64,000 bases of DNA, taken from NCBI GenBank assembly GCA_016432345.1, contig CP066685.1, forward strand, positions 240,236-304,235, read 5' to 3'. The translations under genes were made by a program, and so were the position numbers. Positions 17,042 to 25,138 of the stretch are shown here, piece by piece; the first letter of the stretch is position 1, and each line of letters begins with the position of its first letter. The notes below the pieces were generated by a model. It worked only from the letters and a program-made list of their open reading frames with translations, was not told the origin of the DNA and searched no databases. Origin of the DNA: Candidatus Levyibacteriota bacterium. GTDB taxonomy: Bacteria; Patescibacteriota; Microgenomatia; Levybacterales; UBA12049.

Positions 17042-18048
17042 AACTGTATCATCTTGTTGCGTGCGGCGGCACGTTTGACCATTTTCATAAAGGACACAAA
17101 GATTTTTTACAATTTGCTATTTTCCAAACTAACAAACTTATTATCGGGATCACAAGCGACAAATACATTGAAAACTCAAAACTCAAAACTCAAAACTCAA
17201 AACTCATAGAATCATACGAAGAGAGAAGGAAAAATGTTGAGGATTTTTTACGGGAGGAGAATTTTTTTAATAATGCACGGATAGTTTCTATAGATGATAT
17301 ATTTGGGCCGACACTTTCGCAACAGTATCCAATAAAAGCACTTATTGTATCCGAACAAACACAAAGTGGCGCAGAGGTAATTAATAAACGCAGGAAAGAG
17401 AAAAAACTTTTACCTTTGAAAATTATTGTTTATCCCATGACAAAATCGCAAGATGGTAACGTTATTTCTTCTTCAAGAATTAGAATGGGAGAAATTGATA
17501 GAGAGGGAAGGCTTTATATTCAATTTTCCTGGTTATCTCATGCCCTTATACTTCCAGATGATATTAGGCAAAAGTTAAAGCATCCACTGGGAATTTTGTC
17601 AAAAGATATTAAGCATCAATTACAGGATTTGGATTCAGATAAAACAATAACTGTTGGTGATGTTGCAACAAAAGCATGTAATGAACTTTCATTCAATCAG
17701 AAAATATCTATAATTGATTTTGTTGTGCAGAGAGAAAAAAAATTTTCAGATATTTCACAGCTTGGATTTTCGGGAGATGAACAATTGATAGAAGTTGTTA
17801 ATCCACCAGGCAGTTTAACGCCAGAACTCTTTGCATGCGCAAAAGAAATTTTTTCCAAAACTAATAATAATCGTTATATTGTAAAAATTGACGGAGAAGA
17901 AGACTTGGCAGTTTTACCGTTTCTTTTGGCAGCTCCTTTAGGATTTGTAATTTTATATGGCCAGCCGCATGAAGGAGTTGTTGAAATTCAGGTTTCCGAA
18001 AGAATGAAAAAAAGAGCCTTTGATATCGTCTCGAAATTTACCTTATAG
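17038..18048 (+). CDS. Fusion protein: archaeal-type phosphopantetheine adenylyltransferase-like domain + DUF359 (putative GTP-dependent dephospho-CoA kinase-like) domain
   Basis: N-terminus CGGTFDHFHKGHKDFL (HxGH nucleotidyltransferase). C-terminal half has VGDVATK...IIDFVVQREKK...IDGEEDLAVLPFLLAAPLGFVILYGQPHEGVV, which matches DUF359/COG1909 as I recall it. Confidence 0.55.
   Translation: MKLYHLVACGGTFDHFHKGHKDFLQFAIFQTNKLIIGITSDKYIENSKLKTQNSKLIESYEERRKNVEDFLREENFFNNARIVSIDDIFGPTLSQQYPIKALIVSEQTQSGAEVINKRRKEKKLLPLKIIVYPMTKSQDGNVISSSRIRMGEIDREGRLYIQFSWLSHALILPDDIRQKLKHPLGILSKDIKHQLQDLDSDKTITVGDVATKACNELSFNQKISIIDFVVQREKKFSDISQLGFSGDEQLIEVVNPPGSLTPELFACAKEIFSKTNNNRYIVKIDGEEDLAVLPFLLAAPLGFVILYGQPHEGVVEIQVSERMKKRAFDIVSKFTL
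17171..17205 (+). repeat. (AAAACTC)x5 heptanucleotide tandem repeat inside a CDS
   Basis: Five perfect head-to-tail copies, translated as ENSKLKTQNSKL. Confidence 0.95.
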
Positions 18049-18108
18049 TATTATTACTAGAGGTTCTTGACAAAAAAAGTAATATACTATACCATTCAGT
18101 TGTTTTCT

Positions 18109-18146
18109 AATTCCCTCACGATTCTTGCGAGGGAATTTTCTTTGAA
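18109..18146 (+). terminator. Intrinsic-terminator-like hairpin in the greA leader
   Basis: AATTCCCTC (18109-17) / GAGGGAATT (18129-37) followed by TTTTCTTT. It lies between a TTGACA box (18067-72) and the greA ATG (18151). Confidence 0.5.
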
Positions 18147-18150
18147 GAGT

Positions 18151-18624
18151 ATGGCGCAGAATAAAAAAATTTATTTAACAAAAGAAGGTTTGGCAGAACT
18201 TAGAAAAGAACTTGAGAATCTTACAAAGACTAGGAGGCCAGATGTATTAGAAAGAGTTTCGCAGGCAAGAAGTCTTGGTGATCTTTCCGAAAATGCCGAA
18301 TATGCTGCGGCTCGAGAAGAACTTTCTTTTATTGATGGAAGAATAGACGAGCTAGAGGAGCTTATTCGACAGGCAAGCGTTATTCATGAAGCCGGCAAAA
18401 GGGGTTCGGTATTGGTGAAGCTTGGTTCAAAAGTTACACTGCACGTAAATGGTAAAAAAGAAAATTTTATGGTTGTTGGTGAATGGGAAGCGGACCCCTT
18501 AGCCAAGAAGATTTCGCACGAATCCCCTCTTGGCAAGGCGTTAATTGGAAAAAAGGTTGGAGAAAAAGTTGAAGTAACTGCACCGGCAGGTAAAATACTG
18601 TATACTATTGTTAGTGTTGATTAA
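18151..18624 (+). CDS. greA: Transcription elongation factor GreA
   Basis: MAQNKKIYLTKEGLAELRKELENL..., acidic-tip motif GDLSENAEYAAA, and a C-terminal FKBP-like domain. Confidence 0.92.
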   Translation: MAQNKKIYLTKEGLAELRKELENLTKTRRPDVLERVSQARSLGDLSENAEYAAAREELSFIDGRIDELEELIRQASVIHEAGKRGSVLVKLGSKVTLHVNGKKENFMVVGEWEADPLAKKISHESPLGKALIGKKVGEKVEVTAPAGKILYTIVSVD

Positions 18625-18642
18625 AACTGCCCGCTTACGAAC

Positions 18643-19995
18643 ATGACCGCATCGATTGTCGTAAAATTCGGTGGAACATCGGTAAGTACAAAAAAAAATA
18701 TTCAAACAATTGGTGATGTTGTCCGCCGTTTAAAAGACAAACATCCTGTTGTAGTGGTTTCGGCATTAAGTAAAGTTACAGATTTATTGTTAAGCGCCGC
18801 AAATTCCCCAATCAAAGAAGCAAATGAAAAAATTGAAGAAATAAGAAAAAAACATAAGCAGCTTATTAGAGAATTATGGCAGGACGAAAAATCTGCAAAT
18901 AAGGTTTTTTCTTTTATTAACAAACAACTGCAGCTAGTTAGTCAACTTCTGAAACAAAATAACAAAGATAAGCGTTTACTTGATAGCATTGTTTCACACG
19001 GAGAGATAATATCTTCTTACATAATAAGTCAGTGGTTGACTTATCAAAATATACCGTCTGTTCAAATTGTTGCCACAGAAATAATTGTTACAGATAATAA
19101 TTTTGGATCAGCAGAGTTTTTGGAAAAGCCAACAAAAAAACAGGTCCAAAAAATGCTTTTTCCCCTAATCAAAAACAGTATTGTCCCAATAGTTACAGGA
19201 TTTATTGGAGCAACCAAAGGCGGAAAAGTAACAACGTTGGGCCGTGGAGGATCAGATTATTCAGCATCAATTATTGGTTTTGCGCTTGGTTCAGCAGAAG
19301 TACAAATTTGGACCGATGTTGATGGCGTTTTTACCGCTGACCCGCGGGTTGTCAAAACAGCACGATCAATTCCAGAAATTACTTTCCAGGAAGCGTCTGA
19401 AATGGCATTTTTAGGCGCAAAAGTTTTACATCCTCGTACCATGCGACCGGTGGCAAAGGCAGGTATTTCTGTACGAATATTAAATACATTTAATCCTAAA
19501 AATCAAGGTACGAGGATCGTAAGTAGAAAAGAAAGAAAAAGCAGAATTACTGCGATTACTTTTAAGAGAAAAGTAGTTTTACTAACAATTAAAGCGGAGC
19601 AGATGTTTATGACAACAGGATTTTTAGCAAAAATATTTGATATTTTTAAAGAGGCAAATATTTCGGTTGATTTGGTTAGCGTGTCGGAAGTAACCGTATC
19701 TTTAACCCTTGATATGGTGGATAATTTGCAGGACGCGGTTAAAAAAATAGATAAATTTTCCCGCATAGTAGTTGACCAAGATGCCGCGGTTGTGTCGGTG
19801 ATTGGTGAGCATATTGGAAGGTATCATCATGCAATACGCAATGTTTTTTCGATTCTTGATAAAAAACATATCCGGGTAAAAATGATTTCCTTTAGCGCCC
19901 AAAACCGCAACATCAGTTGTGTTATTAAAAGCTCGTGTTGGGAGGAAGCTGTACAAGCGCTGCATGATGAGTTATTATTAGGAGGAGGAAAATGA
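18643..19995 (+). CDS. lysC: Aspartate kinase
   Basis: VVKFGGTSV N-terminus, an amino-acid kinase fold, and C-terminal ACT repeats. First gene of the lysine/DAP cluster. Confidence 0.9.
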   Translation: MTASIVVKFGGTSVSTKKNIQTIGDVVRRLKDKHPVVVVSALSKVTDLLLSAANSPIKEANEKIEEIRKKHKQLIRELWQDEKSANKVFSFINKQLQLVSQLLKQNNKDKRLLDSIVSHGEIISSYIISQWLTYQNIPSVQIVATEIIVTDNNFGSAEFLEKPTKKQVQKMLFPLIKNSIVPIVTGFIGATKGGKVTTLGRGGSDYSASIIGFALGSAEVQIWTDVDGVFTADPRVVKTARSIPEITFQEASEMAFLGAKVLHPRTMRPVAKAGISVRILNTFNPKNQGTRIVSRKERKSRITAITFKRKVVLLTIKAEQMFMTTGFLAKIFDIFKEANISVDLVSVSEVTVSLTLDMVDNLQDAVKKIDKFSRIVVDQDAAVVSVIGEHIGRYHHAIRNVFSILDKKHIRVKMISFSAQNRNISCVIKSSCWEEAVQALHDELLLGGGK

Positions 19996-20732
19996 AAATA
20001 GCGCTGATCGGGCATGGAAACATGGGGCAAGAAATTCATACTCTTCTTAAAGAGGATAATAAGCATGAAATTGTATCCGTAAGTTATAAAAATATTACCG
20101 ACAAATTAGATATTAATACTATAAAAAAAGCAGACGTGGCAATTGATTTTACCTCGGCAGATATTGTTTTGGATACTATAGAGAAAGTTGCATCGCAAGG
20201 AATAAATTTAGTTGTTGGAACAACAGGTTGGTACGACAAACTTTCTGATGTCGAAAAAATTGTTAAAAAAACAAAGATTGGACTGATTTTTGGAAAGAAT
20301 TTTTCGCTAGGAGCAAATATATTTTTTCAGATTGTCGGTTTTTCGGCAAAGCTTTTTGCGAAGTATGGTAAGTATGATGTTGCCGGATTTGAAATGCATC
20401 ACACAGGTAAAAAAGATAGTCCCAGTGGAACGGCTAAAAAATTAGCAGCAGTGATTATGGAAAACTTTCCCAAGAAAAAAACACTAGAGACAGGAAGACT
20501 AGATAGGCAAATTCGCGAAGATGAGTTACATTTTGCATCGATACGAGCTGGGCGAAATTTTGGTTATCACGAAGTGCTTTTTGACAGTCAGGCAGACGAA
20601 GTAAAACTTTCGCACGCGGCGCATAGCAGGCGCGGATTTGCCGAAGGGGCTATACTTGCCGCGCAATATATAAAAGGAAAGAAAGGCATTTACGGCTTTG
20701 AAGATTCATTTTTAAAGGGGGTGATAAAATGA
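19992..20732 (+). CDS. dapB: 4-hydroxy-tetrahydrodipicolinate reductase
   Basis: N-terminal GxGxMG Rossmann fold and the EMHHTGKKDSPSGTA signature. Confidence 0.9.
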   Translation: MKIALIGHGNMGQEIHTLLKEDNKHEIVSVSYKNITDKLDINTIKKADVAIDFTSADIVLDTIEKVASQGINLVVGTTGWYDKLSDVEKIVKKTKIGLIFGKNFSLGANIFFQIVGFSAKLFAKYGKYDVAGFEMHHTGKKDSPSGTAKKLAAVIMENFPKKKTLETGRLDRQIREDELHFASIRAGRNFGYHEVLFDSQADEVKLSHAAHSRRGFAEGAILAAQYIKGKKGIYGFEDSFLKGVIK

Positions 20733-21613
20733 AAAAATTAATCGGCGCAATTACAGCATTAGTTACACCATTTACAGAAAACGGGAAAGTTGATATTGCG
20801 GCTCTTCGTAAGTTGGTTAGGTTTCAGATAGAAAGTGGAATTAGCGGACTTGTTCCCTGCGGTTCAACAGGAGAAGCAGCAACTCTTTCCGAGGAGGAAT
20901 ATCAATTAGTTATTTCAACAGTAGTAAAAGAAGTAAAGGGAAAAGTTCCTGTAGTTGCTGGCGCAGGCAGCAATGACACTGTTAAGGCAATAAAAAACTC
21001 CAAGATTGCCAAAAAAGCAGGAGCAGATATGCTTTTGCATGTAACTCCTTACTATAACAAGCCAACACCAGCAGGACTTTTAGCGCATTTTAAAACAATA
21101 GCAAATGCAGTTGATATGCCAATTATTCTTTACAATGTGCCGGGACGAACAGGTTCAAACATAACTGCTGCAACAACTTTAGATATTGCCAAAAAAGTAG
21201 ACCATGTTATTGGTGTTAAAGAAGCATCGGGAAATATTAATCAAATGATGGAGATTGTTAAAGGAGCGCCATCACATTTTTCGATATTATCGGGAGATGA
21301 TGCATTGACCCTGCCGCTTATTGCCGTGGGTGGGCAGGGCATTATTTCGGTAGTTGCTAATGAAACACCAAAAGAATTTTCGGATATGGTCAATTTTGCC
21401 TTAAACGGGAATTTTGAGAAAGCAAAAAATTTACACTACAAACTGCTTGATTTAATGAATGTTAATTTTATTGAATCAAACCCAATTCCTGTAAAGACAG
21501 CGCTAGCGTTAATGGGGAAAATTAAGGAAGTGTATCGTTTGCCGCTGACCAAAATAAGCGATAAAAATAAAGAAGTTGTAGCAAATGTTTTGAAAGAAGG
21601 AGGGTGGTTATAA
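20729..21613 (+). CDS. dapA: 4-hydroxy-tetrahydrodipicolinate synthase
   Basis: GSTGEAATLS and YNVPGRTG motifs, plus the Schiff-base Lys context (GVKEASGN). Confidence 0.92.
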   Translation: MKKLIGAITALVTPFTENGKVDIAALRKLVRFQIESGISGLVPCGSTGEAATLSEEEYQLVISTVVKEVKGKVPVVAGAGSNDTVKAIKNSKIAKKAGADMLLHVTPYYNKPTPAGLLAHFKTIANAVDMPIILYNVPGRTGSNITAATTLDIAKKVDHVIGVKEASGNINQMMEIVKGAPSHFSILSGDDALTLPLIAVGGQGIISVVANETPKEFSDMVNFALNGNFEKAKNLHYKLLDLMNVNFIESNPIPVKTALALMGKIKEVYRLPLTKISDKNKEVVANVLKEGGWL

Positions 21614-22689
21614 TGGTAAAAATTCCTGTTGGTATTTTAGGCGCAACAGGTATGGTTGGGCAGAGGTTTGTTACTCTCTTAAAAAATCATCCTTGGTTTA
21701 CAGTCGCTTGTGTTGCCGCATCAGCAAAATCTGCTGGAAAGTATTATAAAGAAGCAGTAGAAAATCGCTGGGTAATGAAAGAAAAAATTCCAGACGAGAT
21801 TGCTCGTCTTTCTGTTTGTGCAGTGGAAAACGACATGAACAGAATTGCCAAGCAAGTTTCTTTTGTTTTTTCGGCTCTAGACATGGAAAAAGAGACAATT
21901 AAGGTTATTGAAAATAATTTTGCCAGTCGGGATATTCCTGTTATTTCCAATAATTCTGCGCACAGGTGGACAGAAGATGTCCCGATGATTATACCCGAGA
22001 TAAATGCTAATCACCTTTCTATTATTTCAGCGCAACAAAAACATCATGGGTGGAAAAAAGGATTTATTGTGGTAAAACCTAATTGTTCAATTCAATCTTA
22101 TGTGCCACTGCTTACACCACTTATGCAATTTCAGCCAAAAAAAATAGCAGTCACAACGCTTCAGGCAGTATCTGGGGCCGGAAAAACATTAGCCTCTTGG
22201 CCGGAAATGCAGGAGAATGTGATTCCATACATTGGAGGGGAAGAAGAAAAAAGTGAAAAAGAACCAATGAAAATTTGGGGAAAAGTCGAGAATGGAACTA
22301 TTAAAATTGCTAAAGAACAGGAAATTAGCGCAACCTGCATTCGGGTACCAGTTAATGATGGACATATGGCATCGGTTTTTGTGTCATTTGCCAAAAAACC
22401 AACACGAGAACAAATTCTTGCGGCATGGAAATCGTTCGATCCGCTCAAAAATCTCGATCTTCCTTCTGCTCCACATCCATTTATTACGGTATTTGAGGAG
22501 GATAATAGACCTCAAACACATCTTGATAGAGATTTGGGTAATGGAATGGGAATTAGCGTGGGGAGACTTAGAGAAGACAAAATATTTGATTATAAATTTA
22601 TTGGTCTTTCCCATAACACCATCCGCGGCGCAGCAGGGGGCGCAGTCCTCACCGCAGAATTATTAAAAGCAAAAGGGTTTATTAAGTGA
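21613..22689 (+). CDS. asd: Aspartate-semialdehyde dehydrogenase
   Basis: GATGMVGQ NAD(P) site and active-site Cys in KPNCSIQ. The ATG overlaps the dapA TAA, and a GGAGGG SD lies upstream. Confidence 0.9.
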   Translation: MVKIPVGILGATGMVGQRFVTLLKNHPWFTVACVAASAKSAGKYYKEAVENRWVMKEKIPDEIARLSVCAVENDMNRIAKQVSFVFSALDMEKETIKVIENNFASRDIPVISNNSAHRWTEDVPMIIPEINANHLSIISAQQKHHGWKKGFIVVKPNCSIQSYVPLLTPLMQFQPKKIAVTTLQAVSGAGKTLASWPEMQENVIPYIGGEEEKSEKEPMKIWGKVENGTIKIAKEQEISATCIRVPVNDGHMASVFVSFAKKPTREQILAAWKSFDPLKNLDLPSAPHPFITVFEEDNRPQTHLDRDLGNGMGISVGRLREDKIFDYKFIGLSHNTIRGAAGGAVLTAELLKAKGFIK

Positions 22690-22690
22690 C

Positions 22691-23884
22691 ATGGCAACAA
22701 TAAATAGGAATTACGACAAACTGGGAGGCGGGTATTTATTTTCCGAAATAACAAGACGTACAAAAGCATTTCAGGAAAAACATCCTAGTATAATGCTTTT
22801 GCGTCTTGGTATTGGTAATACAACACAATCGCTTACCCCGACGGTTATTAAAGGTTTGCAATCTGGTGTTGAAAAACTTGCAGATGCAAAAACGTATACC
22901 GGTTATGGCGACGAGCGGGGAGATATTAGACTTCGATTTGCATTTGCCAATTGGTATAAAGAGAGAGGCATAAATCTTACCACATCGGAAATTTTTATTT
23001 CTGATGGCGCCAAACCCGACACTGCCAATATCCAATCTATTTTTGGGCAAAATTGTGTTGTGGCAGTTTCTGATCCAGCATACCCTGTGTATGTAGATAC
23101 GGCAATTATTGGGGGGCGAAAAATCGTATATATGCCATGCATAAAAGATAATGGTTTTATCCCGTCTCTGCCAAAAGGAAAAGTGGATATCATCTATATT
23201 TGCAGTCCTAATAATCCAACAGGCGCTGTTGTCACCAAAAAACAATTGCAAGCATTTGTTGATTATGCCATAAAATATAAAGCTGTTATTGTTTTTGACG
23301 CAGCTTATTCTGAATATATAACAGATAAAAATTTGCCAAAGAGCATTTACGAAATACCTGGCGCCAAAAAATGCGCCATAGAAATAAGTAGTTTTTCGAA
23401 GTGGGCCGGGTTTACAGGAGTACGTTTGGGCTGGACTGTGGTGCCAATTGATTTGGTTGTGGAAGGTTCAGAAAAAGGAAAGGTAAATAGTTTGTGGAAC
23501 AGGCGACAGATAACCATGTTTAACGGTGCATCCAATATTGCTCAAGAGGGTGGGCTTGCAGTGTTGTCGGAGAAAGGGCAAAAAGAATCGAAAGAATTAA
23601 TTAGTTATTACATGAAGAATGCGGCAATTATTAAAAAGGGTTTTTCAAAAATAGGTTTGCAAGTTTTTGGCGGAGAAAATGCACCGTACATCTGGCTTAA
23701 AACTCCTCAAAAAATGAGTTCCTGGGATTTTTTTGATAAATTATTAAACGAAGCACATGTGGTGGGTACTCCTGGTGTTGGTTTTGGCCCACAAGGAGAG
23801 GGATATTTCCGTTTAAGCGCTTTTGGTAATCGGGAGCAAATCGAAAAAGCAATCAAAAGCATTCAAGAAAATCTAAAACTATGA
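22691..23884 (+). CDS. dapL: LL-diaminopimelate aminotransferase
   Basis: N-terminal RNYDKLGGGYLFSEITRR..LRLGIGNTTQSL matches the DapL hallmark (..F.KL..GYLF.EI.RR...LGIGDTT). Class I aminotransferase fold (SFSKWAGFTGVR). Confidence 0.85.
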   Translation: MATINRNYDKLGGGYLFSEITRRTKAFQEKHPSIMLLRLGIGNTTQSLTPTVIKGLQSGVEKLADAKTYTGYGDERGDIRLRFAFANWYKERGINLTTSEIFISDGAKPDTANIQSIFGQNCVVAVSDPAYPVYVDTAIIGGRKIVYMPCIKDNGFIPSLPKGKVDIIYICSPNNPTGAVVTKKQLQAFVDYAIKYKAVIVFDAAYSEYITDKNLPKSIYEIPGAKKCAIEISSFSKWAGFTGVRLGWTVVPIDLVVEGSEKGKVNSLWNRRQITMFNGASNIAQEGGLAVLSEKGQKESKELISYYMKNAAIIKKGFSKIGLQVFGGENAPYIWLKTPQKMSSWDFFDKLLNEAHVVGTPGVGFGPQGEGYFRLSAFGNREQIEKAIKSIQENLKL

Positions 23885-25131
23885 CACAAAAAACATTGCC
23901 TTTTACAAAATCACAGATCGAAAAAATTATAAAAGAGTATCCGACCCCATTTCATATCTATGATGAAAAGGGAATCCGAGAGAATGCAAAAAAACTATAT
24001 AAGGCATTTTCATGGATAGAAGGATTCAAAAATTATTTTGCTGTAAAGGCAAATCCCAATCCATACCTAATCAAAATAGCAAAAGAGGAAGGAATGGGGG
24101 TTGATTGTAGTTCGTTAACAGAACTTATTCTTGCCGAAAAACTTGGGTTTAGAGATGAAGAAATTATGTTTTCTTCAAATGAAACTCATTTCCGTGAATT
24201 TCAAAAAGCAAAACAGTTGGGGGCAATTATAAATTTGGATGATATTTCACTCTTGTCATATTTAGAAAAACATGCAGGTTTACCGGAGATACTTTGTTTT
24301 CGTTATAACCCTGGGCCGCTACGGGAGGGAAATAGATTTATTGGTAATCCCAAAGAGGCAAAATTTGGTATGACAAAAAAACAATTATTTGATGGGTGTA
24401 AAACTGCCCGAGATAAAGGTGTCAAGCGTTTTGGATTGCATACTATGGTTGTCTCAAACGAGCTAGATGTAAATGCTCATGTTGAAACTGCGGCAATGCT
24501 TTTTGATTTAGTAGTCGAATTGTCAAAAAAACTCGGTATTAAATTTGAGTTTGTAAATTTAGGTGGCGGCATTGGTATTCCGTATAAACCGGAGCAAAAA
24601 TCGGTTGACTATATTTTTTTGTCAAAGGAAATCAAGAAACTATATGGAAAGAAAATTGTTGAGAATAAACTTAATCCACTACGAATTCTCATGGAGAATG
24701 GGAGGCTTATTATTGGTCCGTATGGATATTTAGTTACAACAGTTCTTCACAAAAAGGAAATTTATAAAAATTATGTAGGCGTTGATGCATGCATGGCCAA
24801 TCTTATGCGTCCTGGTATGTATGGCGCATATCATCACGAGACAATTCTTGGAAAAGAAAACAAACCGAAAAATTATACCTATGATGTTGTGGGTTCGCTT
24901 TGCGAAAACAATGATAAATTTGCCATTGACAGAAAACTGCCAAAAGTTGAGATTGGTGATATTTTGGTTATTCACGATACCGGCGCGCATGGATACTCTA
25001 TGGGTTTTCAATATAACGGTAAACTTAGGTCAGCAGAGCTTTTGCTAAAGTCAGATGGATCAATAAAGAAAATTCGCCGCGCAGAAACAATAGATGATTA
25101 TTTTGCCACATTAGACTTTAAAGGACTATAA
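23881..25131 (+). CDS. lysA: Diaminopimelate decarboxylase
   Basis: Orn/DAP/Arg decarboxylase fold. PLP-Lys context YFAVKANPN, GGGIGIPY, and C-terminal GSLCENNDKF. Operon context supports the call. Confidence 0.82.
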   Translation: MTQKTLPFTKSQIEKIIKEYPTPFHIYDEKGIRENAKKLYKAFSWIEGFKNYFAVKANPNPYLIKIAKEEGMGVDCSSLTELILAEKLGFRDEEIMFSSNETHFREFQKAKQLGAIINLDDISLLSYLEKHAGLPEILCFRYNPGPLREGNRFIGNPKEAKFGMTKKQLFDGCKTARDKGVKRFGLHTMVVSNELDVNAHVETAAMLFDLVVELSKKLGIKFEFVNLGGGIGIPYKPEQKSVDYIFLSKEIKKLYGKKIVENKLNPLRILMENGRLIIGPYGYLVTTVLHKKEIYKNYVGVDACMANLMRPGMYGAYHHETILGKENKPKNYTYDVVGSLCENNDKFAIDRKLPKVEIGDILVIHDTGAHGYSMGFQYNGKLRSAELLLKSDGSIKKIRRAETIDDYFATLDFKGL

Positions 25132-25138
25132 TAATACT

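Noticed and set aside
18625-18642. Lysine riboswitch (L-box) before lysC, and T-box leaders before lysK and serS
   Set aside because: The intergenic spaces are only 18 nt (lysC) and 7 nt (lysK), and serS overlaps rdgB. There is no room for such leaders.
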